From assembly GCA_040006935.1 (NCBI GenBank), contig JBDTVZ010000001.1:103772-167771 (forward strand): 64,000 nucleotides of DNA, given 5' to 3'. The translations under genes were made by a program, and so were the position numbers. Under the pieces are notes generated by a model. The model was not told the DNA's origin. It ran no database searches and saw only the letters and a program-made list of their open reading frames with translations. The DNA comes from Candidatus Dojkabacteria bacterium. GTDB lineage: Bacteria > Patescibacteriota > Dojkabacteria > J137. How positions within the stretch are numbered: the first letter of the stretch is position 1; each line of letters starts with the position of its first letter. Below, piece after piece: positions 51,801 to 61,968 of this stretch.

Positions 51801-53909
51801 AGACCCGAATTCTTTAATTGGAGCTCTTAATCTCATAGTTTGTGTAACTTTAATATTACAATCGCCACTTCCACAATCCACCTTGAAAGTAGGACCAGCT
51901 CCTCCTGCATCATCTTCCATTTTCTGGTAAACACTTTGTGCAGTCGAACTAGTTGCAGAAACTAGCGGAACTCTATTTAAATTATCTCCATATATTGTAG
52001 AGTCAAAGTTGCAGTCCACCCAAGGTCTTGGTTTTGAGCAACTTGAAGTCATGTCGTAAATTACACTTGTAGAAAGTGGTAAAGGTTTTGGATCGTTAGC
52101 ATCAAGTTCGTTTTTCGGGAAGGATCTAAAAAATAAAACGGCTGAAACATTAGTGTCTGTACAAAATTTATTGAATGCATCTTTAAGTTCTGCGTTAGTA
52201 CCTGTAAATTTACCAAACTCAGTAATTAAAGTTTTCATTCCATTACTATCCACAACTTGTTTCATTCCACTATCTACGTAGAAGGAGTAGGCAGATTTAT
52301 TATCTACGTTATAAGTATTACCGGACAAATAATCGAATAATCCAAGATTTAAGCCTCTATTATTCGATAGATATTCATGGACATCATCATTCTGCCTGTT
52401 AGTCATATTAAACACTGCAGGTGTTAAATACATATTCCCTCCAGCAGAAACTCTATATCCTTGAAGTTGTTGTGCAAAGTCATTGGCATGATCTACCAGG
52501 GTTTGGTAATCCCCATTTGGAACTCCAAATGCTGTCATTTCATTTGCCGTTCCAGGTTCGTTTGGTCCTAGAATCGCAACGAATACATTATCCGGACCAA
52601 CCGCATCGGACACATCTTTGTAAAATTTAGGAATACTATTATCGTACATGTTAAAGGCACAACCACCTACAAAACATAATCTAACAATAGGCAAAAGTCC
52701 TGCATCATTTGTTTTAGTTATAAAATCAGCGGCCCTTGCAACATCTGGCCCAGTGAAGAGAGAAATTAAATTTCCTGTTTTTAAATCTCTATGCAAAGAA
52801 TTTCCACCTTGTACAAAATTTATTTCATCAGTCCAAGCACCGACTGAACCCTGATTAATGCCTCCTTTCCCTTCTTCTAAAGAAGTTCCACCACCTGAGT
52901 TAATACTTCTTAATTGTTTTCCAGTCCGAGGATTGAATGCAACACATCTATCCGGTTGATCTACAATATCTTGTTTAGGCGAACTAAAAAGACTTAAATT
53001 CGATTCAAGATCACCTTCCTCATTACATTTCAAAGTGGGATCATCAGAATCTGTTTGGATAGAACTGTGGAAATCTACATTACCACCATTATTAAAGTAG
53101 AATCCTGTTAAGCCAAATCCTTTAGAATAATATTTTTCTTCACCAGCACCAGCGCCACCTGTGCTTCTTAAAACTATAGTTCCATTATTAACGTAAAGGC
53201 TACTAATTTGTGGTCCGTTGCTTCCAGAACTTGCAATATCTACTTGATAAGTTGGGTTAGTTACTTCGAAATCGTTTGTGCAAGCAGTACCACTTGGCTG
53301 ATCTGAATCTCGAATAAATCTTTTTATCTTTTGAGAGGAAGTTTGCGATTCTCCAGGACTCCAGCACCTTGGAATAGGTCCACCTACTTGATCACTAGGA
53401 CCAAAGACCCGATAATAAGCTCTTTGACCATTTGGACATAAACCATCCCAAGAAGTATCTTCCACAAAATAAATATTTTGATTATCGTAATAGTAAAGTT
53501 CGTAATCGTTATTTTTCTTCAATTTAAAAGCATCGTGTCCTTCGAAAGTTGTTTGTTCTACTTGAAACGTTTGTGGTGATGGTCCAGGTCCATCTTTTGT
53601 ACAATACTTAACTTCATAGGATGGAGCACTTTCAGCAAACATGTATTGAAGTAAATCTATTTTATCTCCACAAACTGAATTTGGAATTCCGCCAGGTGAG
53701 GGTAATTCCGAAGCTAAAATATCACCAGTATGAAAGATCTGCGCGAAAGCAACTTCAGCAAAACCAAATGGTCTAATTCCGTAAGACTTTAAATCTCTAA
53801 TTAAATTGAAACTTGAGAAAATAATTATCACGCCAAGAAAAGAAGCCACTAGAATTTGTGACCTATCTAAGGATTTAATAATTTTGAAATAAGTTTTAAA
53901 ACGATTCAT
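48861..53909 (-). CDS. giant exported protein: GH-A-clan-like domain, M23 peptidase domain, C-terminal lysozyme-like domain
   Basis: N-terminal TM; LGPNEP and LITEFG; VVAPESG..., LQH, HLHV; INPRFVITEWLEETG; many spaced Cys. Confidence 0.75.
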   Translation of the reverse strand: MNRFKTYFKIIKSLDRSQILVASFLGVIIIFSSFNLIRDLKSYGIRPFGFAEVAFAQIFHTGDILASELPSPGGIPNSVCGDKIDLLQYMFAESAPSYEVKYCTKDGPGPSPQTFQVEQTTFEGHDAFKLKKNNDYELYYYDNQNIYFVEDTSWDGLCPNGQRAYYRVFGPSDQVGGPIPRCWSPGESQTSSQKIKRFIRDSDQPSGTACTNDFEVTNPTYQVDIASSGSNGPQISSLYVNNGTIVLRSTGGAGAGEEKYYSKGFGLTGFYFNNGGNVDFHSSIQTDSDDPTLKCNEEGDLESNLSLFSSPKQDIVDQPDRCVAFNPRTGKQLRSINSGGGTSLEEGKGGINQGSVGAWTDEINFVQGGNSLHRDLKTGNLISLFTGPDVARAADFITKTNDAGLLPIVRLCFVGGCAFNMYDNSIPKFYKDVSDAVGPDNVFVAILGPNEPGTANEMTAFGVPNGDYQTLVDHANDFAQQLQGYRVSAGGNMYLTPAVFNMTNRQNDDVHEYLSNNRGLNLGLFDYLSGNTYNVDNKSAYSFYVDSGMKQVVDSNGMKTLITEFGKFTGTNAELKDAFNKFCTDTNVSAVLFFRSFPKNELDANDPKPLPLSTSVIYDMTSSCSKPRPWVDCNFDSTIYGDNLNRVPLVSATSSTAQSVYQKMEDDAGGAGPTFKVDCGSGDCNIKVTQTMRLRAPIKEFGSNSSFGTETKNFVPICANVASMMNNDVYDPLNQFAGKIGDYPMPWLGSAINCSSELIKYSTDFSNIPALQAYINPGTVIKNTDTDIQGDLLKQNVAREDDSSTCYALERDGKEYIPDERTLFFRGQIVDKCPVNEVKIVRDYNPFSTPQDYIDVPEANSDLKYLKNSDDYIYGPEVQMGTQTVSLGNSSHMCSLYSERNVDPGSKLVASSSINCSVKTDEVVSTNVGTFSCATFAPCSDSDIKNGKCQLNQYLLANAGPEMRSSCFEYGSQGSDRIYYHDNSFAALPSAMDIPNIYDSLYRTYQRLSNSIKSRNLKLVVNNNLGWKVEGYSILRDGNNSSQEQRDSNFKATDPERTYLSDIENNPRSTATVTESNLFNNEVTLGRGVSSQKETDYYYDWLGNLDLFQEYWSVYQNNTQLSGEQRINNPFYQQGGEPNSERQQIVISGLASQYTSLPLLTCDQMEIGKKYTKTQLLGSDSIKNSIRTYLQSTDPKLTGDNLEKSVTDLINQLWPYDYKVSGENYNCITDITDNRKSNKFEVELCRRGYTVEGACERQCTSTPTTTPAGNISGTTCPLPTGHRCFQGATGDFTHCVESSLPADLYPYFVGGSDDPARRDLRVVAPESGVIQNIADNGNQGTFIELLGNSGILYKLQHTARSKMQIQVGDHVNVGQVMTEIATQQSYPGLAYDNNNIHLHVSATKDGQNIDPYYLYGQALGCNLKAPIADDGSPIPNGTVVGADSGYCVTNSDSGFKLQDNACSKPAGLTGDQLFSGSSTTPVSSPTGSGGTTGLNCSITGSVVSGHGDPSGKGIIGCDIALTNANENADFNTIKPYLDIYGRAYNSDSNQSYTFINDPTVYNFVVNKAKQLGINPRFVITEWLEETGGSAVGNWGLGCVYFRDGRPTGELGGLDRHDQNAMMNHISEQIDCLSTYISEFPDFVPYMCTYSGEVGRPNCTSFQNNPHFPLNICRISNEIGAYY

Positions 53910-54043
53910 TAAGATTGTTTAACAATTACATTCTAAGGTAAAAGATATGTATATTCAATTTAAAATATTTATAAACATTACTTAGATAATAGTTATAGGA
54001 TATAAAGAATGAGGTATAATCAAGATATATATAATTAAGAAAT

Positions 54044-54466
54044 ATGGAACGAATAAGAGATATAAATTCAACAGCAGAACAAATTCCAGGAATTCATTCA
54101 ATAGTAAGAGGTTTATTTTTACTAGATGGATTTATTGATGACCTAGTAGCTAATGGGTTGATTGATGACTATAAAGAAAGTTTATCTCAATTCCGTGAAG
54201 ATCTAATTAATGTTCGGGCTCTAGAACAGTTAGAAATATTTTACGAGGCAAATATCATTGATATCTCAGTAATTACTCTTGTTAACAACCAGCTACTTCC
54301 AAATACACAGAAATATCGAGAATTAGTTGTAGTAGTTGTGCAAAGATTATTGCAGATCCTTACTGTGGACCTAGAACAAAAACCAACAATGACCTTATTT
54401 TTCTTTGAAAGAGTTATCAATGCAATTAAGCTATTAGAGTCATTAAGATCAGAAGAAGATAGCTAA
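54044..54466 (+). CDS. hypothetical helical protein
   Basis: 140-aa ORF with TATAAT upstream. Confidence 0.6.
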   Translation: MERIRDINSTAEQIPGIHSIVRGLFLLDGFIDDLVANGLIDDYKESLSQFREDLINVRALEQLEIFYEANIIDISVITLVNNQLLPNTQKYRELVVVVVQRLLQILTVDLEQKPTMTLFFFERVINAIKLLESLRSEEDS

Positions 54467-54479
54467 TAGGAACTGTTAT

Positions 54480-54524
54480 TTAGCAGAACTTGATATTGAC
54501 TGCTAAAAACTTTATAATTACAAT
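54480..54524 (+). promoter_or_regulatory. CIRCE-like (HrcA) operator overlapping the clp promoter
   Basis: TTAGCAGAA-N9-GACTGCTAA at 54480-54506; TTGATA-17-TATAAT and TTGACT-17-TACAAT overlap it. Confidence 0.65.
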
Positions 54525-54554
54525 AGTATAAAGTTAAATTTTTAATAACTTTCT

Positions 54555-57059
54555 ATGAATATTTCTGATCTCTTCTCGAATCGAACTAACGAAGCTCTTC
54601 AAATCGCACTTTCTAAAACAATTGAAAACCATCAAAGAGCAGTAGATACAGAAGAAATTTTATATGGCCTAACGTCCGATGATATTGTAATGAGTAAAAT
54701 CTTTAAAGAGTTAGGAGTTGACGTTAAAGAACTACAAAATCTTTTAGATAAACAGATTACAGAAGGATCATATTCAGGCAGCCAACCAAGTTTTACACCG
54801 AGAGCAAGCCAAGTAATTCAACTTGCATATCAAGAATCTTTAGAATTAAACCATACTTACATTGGAACAGAACATTTATTTTTAGGTTTAATACTTGAGC
54901 AAGAAGGCTTGGCAGCACAAATCTTAAGAAGATATGGAATTACGCATATTCAAGCAAGGCAAGCAGTTATTAAAGTTGTAGGAGAAGGAGATAAAGAAGG
55001 TTCCGAAGTTGGAAAAACATCGGAGACCCCAACATTAGATGAGTTTACAAAAGACCTTACTGACTTAGCTAAACAAGATAAAATCGATCCTGTAATTGGA
55101 CGAGATGACGAAATAACAAGAGTTGTGGAGATTCTTTCAAGAAGAAAGAAAAACAACCCCGTGTTAATTGGAGAACCTGGAGTTGGGAAAACAGCAATTG
55201 CGGAAGGACTTGCACAAAGAATCATATCCGGACAAGTTCCAGAAGTTTTAAGAGGTAAAAAAGTAAAGTCCCTTGATCTCACATCGTTAGTTGCAGGTTC
55301 TAAGTTCCGAGGAGAATTTGAAGAGAGAGCAAAGAAATTGATTGAGGATTTAGAGAAAGCGGAACGAAGTGTCATTTTGTTTATTGATGAACTACATACA
55401 ATAGTAGGAAGCGGAGCTCAACAAGGAGAATTGGATTTCTCAAATATGATAAAACCTGCATTAGCTCGTGGAGAACTTCAGGTTATTGGAGCAACAACTT
55501 TGAATGAATACCAAAAGTATATTGAAAAAGATGCAGCTTTAGAGCGAAGGTTTCAACCAGTAATTGTTGAAGAACCTAGTGTCGAAAATACCATTATAAT
55601 ATTAAAAGGTATTAAAGAAAGATACGAAGCTCATCACAAATTAAAGATCAATGAAGATGCTTTAGTAGCTTCTGCAATTTTATCTCAAAGATATATTAAA
55701 AATAGATTCTTACCAGACAAAGCAATAGATGTGTTGGATGAAGCTTCAAGCAGAGTAAGGCTAAGAGTAACAAGTGAACCAAAGGAATTACAAGTTTTAA
55801 AATCTCAAATTAAAAAATTAGAAACAGAAAGAGAATCTTTAACGAGAGGAGGACAACACAAAGAATCTGCAGAGTTAAAAGTTAAAATCGAACAACTTAA
55901 AGAAGAGTTAAAACCAATCGAAACGGAATGGTTAAGAAAAAGAGGAACTGGAACACCAGAAGTAAATGTTTCTGATATTAATGAAGTAATTTCCAGAATG
56001 ACTGGAGTTCCAATTACTGAATTAAATCAAGAAGAAAAAGCTAAGTTAATAAATTTAGAAGAAAATTTGCACAAAAGAATTATTGGACAAGAAGAAGCTG
56101 TTCATTTAGTTGCTCAATCAATTCGAAGAGCACGGACAGGATTAAAAGATCCTAAAAGACCTATTGCTTCATTTTTATTTCTCGGTCCTACAGGAGTTGG
56201 GAAAACTGAATTAGCAAAAGCACTTTCAGAATTAGTTTTTGGAGATGAAGATGCAATGATTCGTTTAGATATGAGTGAATATATGGAAAAGTTTGCAGTT
56301 TCAAGGTTAATAGGTGCTCCTCCAGGGTATGTGGGTTATGATGAAGGTGGACAATTAACCGAGAAAGTGAGGAGAAAACCATATTCTGTAATCTTGCTAG
56401 ACGAAATTGAAAAAGCCCATCCAGACGTATTCAACATTTTACTGCAAGTTCTTGACGACGGTAAATTAACTGATGGGAAAGGTAGAATGGTTGATTTTAA
56501 AAATACCATTATTATTGCAACTAGTAATATTGGTGCAGATTTAATAGTAGCATCAATTGGGGCAACAGAAGTTGGTAAAATGATCGATTCAATAACTACT
56601 AAAGAAGACCATGCCGAAGGGCAGGCAAGTAAGAAAAGTTTAGTAAAAATGAAATCAGTAGAGCAATCTTTGCCAAAGTGGGAAGAGTTAAAAACTCAAG
56701 TATTTGAAATTCTTAAAAAATATTTCAGGCCGGAATTCTTAAACAGATTGGATGAAATAATAATGTTTAAAGCATTAACAATGAGTGAAGTTGAAAGGAT
56801 TGTTCTTCTCGTTTTAGAAAATACACAAGAACTTTTAAAACAACAAGACGTAGATGTTGAATTTGATAAAAGTGTAATTGAAGAAGTTGCAAGAATCAGT
56901 TTTAATCCGCAATTTGGTGCTAGGCCTATAAAAAGGACTGTGCAAAGAGAAATTGATAATTTAATATCTCAGGAATTACTTGAAGATAAAGTTAAGTCTG
57001 GAAGTAAAATTAAATTGGTATTTAAAGGAAATAAGTTTATGGTAGAAAAAAGAAATTAA
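54555..57059 (+). CDS. clpC: ATP-dependent Clp protease ATPase subunit (ClpC-like)
   Basis: two Clp_N repeats, [14 protein letters not shown], short middle coiled coil, [17 protein letters not shown]. Confidence 0.85.
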   Translation: MNISDLFSNRTNEALQIALSKTIENHQRAVDTEEILYGLTSDDIVMSKIFKELGVDVKELQNLLDKQITEGSYSGSQPSFTPRASQVIQLAYQESLELNHTYIGTEHLFLGLILEQEGLAAQILRRYGITHIQARQAVIKVVGEGDKEGSEVGKTSETPTLDEFTKDLTDLAKQDKIDPVIGRDDEITRVVEILSRRKKNNPVLIGEPGVGKTAIAEGLAQRIISGQVPEVLRGKKVKSLDLTSLVAGSKFRGEFEERAKKLIEDLEKAERSVILFIDELHTIVGSGAQQGELDFSNMIKPALARGELQVIGATTLNEYQKYIEKDAALERRFQPVIVEEPSVENTIIILKGIKERYEAHHKLKINEDALVASAILSQRYIKNRFLPDKAIDVLDEASSRVRLRVTSEPKELQVLKSQIKKLETERESLTRGGQHKESAELKVKIEQLKEELKPIETEWLRKRGTGTPEVNVSDINEVISRMTGVPITELNQEEKAKLINLEENLHKRIIGQEEAVHLVAQSIRRARTGLKDPKRPIASFLFLGPTGVGKTELAKALSELVFGDEDAMIRLDMSEYMEKFAVSRLIGAPPGYVGYDEGGQLTEKVRRKPYSVILLDEIEKAHPDVFNILLQVLDDGKLTDGKGRMVDFKNTIIIATSNIGADLIVASIGATEVGKMIDSITTKEDHAEGQASKKSLVKMKSVEQSLPKWEELKTQVFEILKKYFRPEFLNRLDEIIMFKALTMSEVERIVLLVLENTQELLKQQDVDVEFDKSVIEEVARISFNPQFGARPIKRTVQREIDNLISQELLEDKVKSGSKIKLVFKGNKFMVEKRN

Positions 57060-57520
57060 AATTCAACTCCGTATTTAATATAAAGCTCCTTTCTACGTTC
57101 CCAGTCGACTTCGATATGTGATCTAGTATCTATGAAATTTTCAATCTCAGTAAGAGCATCTATAGATATTATTAGAAACTTATTCAAATCTAAGGCTCCA
57201 TCTTTAATACATATATTCCAAGCGTCGACTAAAGCTTTTAAAAGTCTGAAATTTTCTTCGATATTTTTATTAAATAGACTTAAACCAAAGATTCTATCAG
57301 ATAATTCCTCCACGCTGGTAGAATTAGTAATATAAACGAACTCATCAATTCCAACAAGATCAGCTACATACTTCATTCTACTTGGGTTAAACACAATATC
57401 AACAAAAATAGATGAGAGCTTTGCCTGTGGTGAATCTAAGGGAATTTCCTTAATATTCTTTCTTAAATATCCAATATTTTTAACAGCATCAACATATTGT
57501 TTTAACTGTAATAAATCCAT
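57056..57520 (-). CDS. hypothetical protein (tandem paralog)
   Basis: C-terminal [19 protein letters not shown] matches the neighbour. Confidence 0.7.
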   Translation of the reverse strand: MDLLQLKQYVDAVKNIGYLRKNIKEIPLDSPQAKLSSIFVDIVFNPSRMKYVADLVGIDEFVYITNSTSVEELSDRIFGLSLFNKNIEENFRLLKALVDAWNICIKDGALDLNKFLIISIDALTEIENFIDTRSHIEVDWERRKELYIKYGVEF

Positions 57521-57552
57521 ATTTAAATTAATAATGTGAAAAAGATTTAATA

Positions 57553-58011
57553 CTACATCTCAACATTATATTTTCTACATAATTCTTCTCGTTTTTCTTT
57601 ATCTATTTCTATTTCTGGAGATCCTGTTGAATAAGATAATCTAGAGGTAAGACCTTTAATACAACTTATTATAAATTCTTCCGGTTTGATAACTCCATCA
57701 TCATTCAGATTTGAATTCCAAGAATCTCTCAAAATTCTAAGTATCACAAACTTATCAGACAATTCAGGCTTGAGTATATTGCTATCTAAAATCCTCGCTA
57801 TGAAATCTTCTGCTGTAGTACTGTTAGCTAGTAAATCTAACTTCTCTTGACCAAAGTATTCGTAACTCATATTGATACCTTCAGCACTAAACATTAAAGA
57901 TATAAACATATGAACTATCTTGGATTTTGAATCAGTTAATATTTCAGAATCTAAATTTTTCTTGAAATTCATAAATTTAGTTACAATTTCTTGTTTCCAG
58001 AGTAAACTCAT
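57553..58011 (-). CDS. hypothetical protein (tandem paralog)
   Basis: C-terminal IEIDKEKREELCRKYNVEM. Confidence 0.7.
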   Translation of the reverse strand: MSLLWKQEIVTKFMNFKKNLDSEILTDSKSKIVHMFISLMFSAEGINMSYEYFGQEKLDLLANSTTAEDFIARILDSNILKPELSDKFVILRILRDSWNSNLNDDGVIKPEEFIISCIKGLTSRLSYSTGSPEIEIDKEKREELCRKYNVEM

Positions 58012-58096
58012 ATTTTTATTATAATAATTGCGAGATTATATCAGATAAATATTTAAAGAGAAATTTGATACAATTATATGAATAATTAAATCAAAT

Positions 58097-58744
58097 ATGA
58101 ATGTTCTAATCTTAATATTTATAATTTTATTATCTCTCCAAATTGTATTGGCATTATTTGCCTGGGGATTACGAAGGGAGTTAGAAAAGAAATATTCATT
58201 TGCCACAGGTGAAGGGAAGGAACCTGCAGAAGTAATTGAAGAATACTATAAAGATGGTAATACGAAATTTAGAATTATTGCTTCAGACGAAATTGTAGAA
58301 CCTGCTTTTGCCGAGAGCGATTTATTGATAATTAATAAAAATAAAATTTACAAGAAAGATCTTTACACAAATTTTTATATAATTTTTCAGGCAGAATTAA
58401 CAAAAAGTGACTACAAAATCTTAAGAATATTAGGAAATTTCCAAAGTTTTGTATTTATATTAGAAATCGCAGTGTTTGTGCTTGCAAATACAATAACAAC
58501 CAACTTTAAGGAGATTATTCTGTATGTTGCAATAGCTATTCAAATCTTCTCATTCATTCTTACACTCATTGGATTTATACAAATAGATGGATTATTAGAC
58601 GACACGATGACAATTTCGAAATCCTTACTTAAACTCGACGATGTAGAAGAAGCAAGAGCACTAGGTCTAAAAAGTGATTTAAGATACTCAGTTTTTGAAT
58701 ATCCATTTGAAGTTGTGTGGCGAATAGTACAGTTTCTGAGATGA
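58097..58744 (+). CDS. membrane protein, possibly a degenerate YugP-like zinc-peptidase homolog
   Basis: TM, soluble segment, two TMs and C-terminal helix layout; no HExxH. Confidence 0.4.
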   Translation: MNVLILIFIILLSLQIVLALFAWGLRRELEKKYSFATGEGKEPAEVIEEYYKDGNTKFRIIASDEIVEPAFAESDLLIINKNKIYKKDLYTNFYIIFQAELTKSDYKILRILGNFQSFVFILEIAVFVLANTITTNFKEIILYVAIAIQIFSFILTLIGFIQIDGLLDDTMTISKSLLKLDDVEEARALGLKSDLRYSVFEYPFEVVWRIVQFLR

Positions 58745-58890
58745 TGAGAGAATTAATTACGAGCTATCTCTCGTAACCCACATTCACATCCTCCAATCCT
58801 CCTTTAATTCTTGTTAATTACTAATTGTTTGGGTTATACTTTGTAGCTCATAAAACAAGCAAAAACCCTTAAATTTTAGACAAGTTAAGT

Positions 58891-61800
58891 ATGTTCCCAA
58901 AACTTAAATTCGGTATTGACCCAAACTCAAAACAAGTCAAAATCACCGATAAACCTCTACAGAAAATCAAAGAACTTAGAGAGCAAACAAAAGATATGAG
59001 TTTTGAGGATATGAGAAAAAGGATTTCCGAAATGAAGGCAGAGCTTAGTGAATTAAGTAATAAAATCCCTAAAGATAAAAAACTTTCTTTAACTAAAGTA
59101 GAAAGGCAAGCTGGTTTATCGAAAGAAGAGCAAGATATTCAAAAGAAATTATACGATTTCATGCCTGAAGTTTATGCTTTTGTGGACGAGGTATTCTCTA
59201 GAAAAATTGGATTTAGATACCACGATGTACAATTAAGAGCTGCAATTACACTCTCTCAAGGACAGAGACTTGTTGAGTTATTCACGGGAGAAGGGAAAAC
59301 CATGACTTTCCAGTTGCCTTTAATACTTTACTCTTTAGTAGGAAGAGGAGCTCATCTTATTACTGTTAATGATTACCTTTCTAGAAGAGATGGAGAATAC
59401 GCAGGACACGTAGCAGTAGAATTAGGCCTAAGCCTTGGAATTATTAATTCTCAAGCTTCATATAGATTTATCGCAGACGATCAGATCAAAGCTTATAAAG
59501 GGGAAGAAGGACAGGCCGTTCGTGATGCTATTAAGAATCTAGATATTAGCAATATGGATAGTGCTAATTTAATTGAGTGTTCAAAAACTGAGAGCTATAA
59601 CTGTGATATAACCTATGGAACTAACAATGAATTTGGATTTGATTATTTAAGAGATAACATGGCTTGGGATTTAAGCCAACTGTCTCAAAGAGAACTTTAT
59701 TTCTGCATTATAGACGAGGCCGATTCAATTTTAATTGACGAAGCTAGAACACCATTAATTATTTCTGGAGTACCTAGTGATGCCAATACAAACAAATATC
59801 AATTATTCGCTGCTGCAGTAGAGCCATTGGAAGAAGAAAAAGATTTTGTTATTGACCATAAATCTCGATCCGTAAGCCTTACAGAAGAAGGAATTAAGCA
59901 TGTGGAAAATAATCTAGGAATAGATAACCTTTGGAATGACTATTCAAATGCTTACCATATTGAGAATGCATTAAAAGCAAAATCAATGTTTAAAAAAGAT
60001 GATGAGTATATGGTAAAGAATGGCGAAGTTTTAATTGTAGATGAATTCACTGGTAGAGTTTTAAAAGGGAGAAGATATAGTGAGGGTTTACACCAAGCAA
60101 TTGAAGCTAAGGAAAAAGTTCAAATTCAACAAGAAAGCAAAACTTACGCAACGATCACTTTCCAAAACTTTTTTAGGCTTTACAAAGTTCTTTGTGGAGG
60201 TTCTGGAACTATTATGACAGAAGCCGAAGAGTTCTTTAAAATATATGGACTTGAATCAGTAAATGTTCCAACAAATAAGCCTGTTGTTAGAGTCGATCAT
60301 AAGGATAGAATATATAAATCACAAGATGCAAAATTTAAGGCTGTTGTAGCAGAAATTAAAGAAAGAAATGCATTAGGACAACCAATATTAGTTGGTACAA
60401 CTTCTGTCGATAGATCTGAAATCATTTCTCATCTTTTAGACTTGGAAGGCATTCCTCATGAAGTTTTAAATGCTAAATATCACGAGCAGGAAGCAAAGAT
60501 TATTGAGAGAGCCGGTAGAAGAGGTGCAGTTACTGTTGCCACAAACATGGCAGGTAGAGGTGCAGATATTGTTATTGGAGGAGGAAGGAGAGGTGATGCA
60601 GCATGGAAAGAGATTGCAGATATTGGTGGACTTCACGTTATAGGAACAGAAAGACATGAATCTCGTAGAATTGATAATCAATTAAGAGGAAGAACTGGAA
60701 GACAAGGAGAACCTGGGTCTTCAAGATTTTATGTTGCGTTAGATGATACTTTAATGAAAATTCTTGGTGGTGATGTTATGTCTGGTTTAATGGATAAAGT
60801 TGGAATGCAAGACGATATGCCAATTGAAATGAGTTTTATTTCTAGACAAATAGAAATGGCTCAAAAAAGAATAGAGAATATCAATTTTGACTCCCGAAAA
60901 AGAGTAGTTGATTACGACGATGTAATGAATCAACACAGGGAAATTTTCTATTCGAGAAGAAGAAAATTCTTAAATAACGTAGAGAATTCATCTGGTAAAT
61001 TTATTGATGGAGTAAAAGTAATTGATATTAATACACCTGAATATAAAGATAAAATTGCAGAGAGAAAAGACGATGTGGAAGAAGCAAGAGCAAAAGTTAA
61101 GTCAACAATAGAAAAGATTTTTGTAGGAGATGTTAAAAAATCAATTAATGATTATTTAAGCGCAAACCCAAGGTTAAATGAAGATAAATTAAAGAAAATT
61201 ATGGATATTTTTGCTACATTTGTTCCTGCTGGTTTAGTAGCACCATTTGTAAATGTTAGAGAAGGGGAAGCATATTCTGAAATTTTGAAGAAAGTTAAAA
61301 CATTAAAGAACAATGAGATTCTTCCATATTTTGCAGATCTAGCTCAAAATGCTTACCCAATAAAAGTTGAAGAATTTGGGGAAGATTTTTACTACCTAGC
61401 AAAAGTTTTGATGCTTCAAAATACTGATAATCTCTGGGTTGACCACTTAGAATTAATGAAAGACATTAGAGAAGGAATAGGATTGCAAGCATATGCTCAA
61501 AAAGATCCTTTGGTTGAATATAAGAACGAGGCATTTATAGTTTTCTCTAACTTTATCGATAAGATTAACTCTGAAGTTGCAAAGAAAATTTTAAATATTC
61601 AAAAAGTAGAAAAACAACCAGAACCTCAAATGCAAAAATTGGATACCAACGTTGAAGATATTCAAGATATTTTAGACGGAGATAGAGAATTTATTCAAGA
61701 TGCTGAGATTACTTCAGATGTAAAAGATGGAGTTAGAGCAGATTCTGTAATTAAGAAAGCAATTAGAGAAAGAGATAGGAATCAATCATCGTTATCTTCT

Positions 61801-61965
61801 AATAGAATTAAAGATACTGTTGGTACTAAGAAAAACGAAAAGTTTGAAAATATAGGAAGAAACGATAAAGTTTCTGTTAGATATAAAGATGGTAAAGAAT
61901 TAAAAGATGTTAAGTATAAGAAAGTAGAACAGGATGTTAAAAATGGTGATGCTATTTTGATTTAG
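58891..61965 (+). CDS. secA: preprotein translocase subunit SecA
   Basis: TGEGKT, TVNDYL..RD, DEADSILIDEARTPLIIS, ATNMAGRG, RRIDNQLRGR. Confidence 0.97.
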   Translation: MFPKLKFGIDPNSKQVKITDKPLQKIKELREQTKDMSFEDMRKRISEMKAELSELSNKIPKDKKLSLTKVERQAGLSKEEQDIQKKLYDFMPEVYAFVDEVFSRKIGFRYHDVQLRAAITLSQGQRLVELFTGEGKTMTFQLPLILYSLVGRGAHLITVNDYLSRRDGEYAGHVAVELGLSLGIINSQASYRFIADDQIKAYKGEEGQAVRDAIKNLDISNMDSANLIECSKTESYNCDITYGTNNEFGFDYLRDNMAWDLSQLSQRELYFCIIDEADSILIDEARTPLIISGVPSDANTNKYQLFAAAVEPLEEEKDFVIDHKSRSVSLTEEGIKHVENNLGIDNLWNDYSNAYHIENALKAKSMFKKDDEYMVKNGEVLIVDEFTGRVLKGRRYSEGLHQAIEAKEKVQIQQESKTYATITFQNFFRLYKVLCGGSGTIMTEAEEFFKIYGLESVNVPTNKPVVRVDHKDRIYKSQDAKFKAVVAEIKERNALGQPILVGTTSVDRSEIISHLLDLEGIPHEVLNAKYHEQEAKIIERAGRRGAVTVATNMAGRGADIVIGGGRRGDAAWKEIADIGGLHVIGTERHESRRIDNQLRGRTGRQGEPGSSRFYVALDDTLMKILGGDVMSGLMDKVGMQDDMPIEMSFISRQIEMAQKRIENINFDSRKRVVDYDDVMNQHREIFYSRRRKFLNNVENSSGKFIDGVKVIDINTPEYKDKIAERKDDVEEARAKVKSTIEKIFVGDVKKSINDYLSANPRLNEDKLKKIMDIFATFVPAGLVAPFVNVREGEAYSEILKKVKTLKNNEILPYFADLAQNAYPIKVEEFGEDFYYLAKVLMLQNTDNLWVDHLELMKDIREGIGLQAYAQKDPLVEYKNEAFIVFSNFIDKINSEVAKKILNIQKVEKQPEPQMQKLDTNVEDIQDILDGDREFIQDAEITSDVKDGVRADSVIKKAIRERDRNQSSLSSNRIKDTVGTKKNEKFENIGRNDKVSVRYKDGKELKDVKYKKVEQDVKNGDAILI

Positions 61966-61968
61966 AAA

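Noticed and set aside
770-60681. Numerous short antisense or overlapping ORFs in the track (for example 770..952, 6261..6596, 16266..16706, 47705..48175, 54950..55375)
   Set aside because: They lie opposite or within well-supported genes and have no motifs; shadow ORFs.
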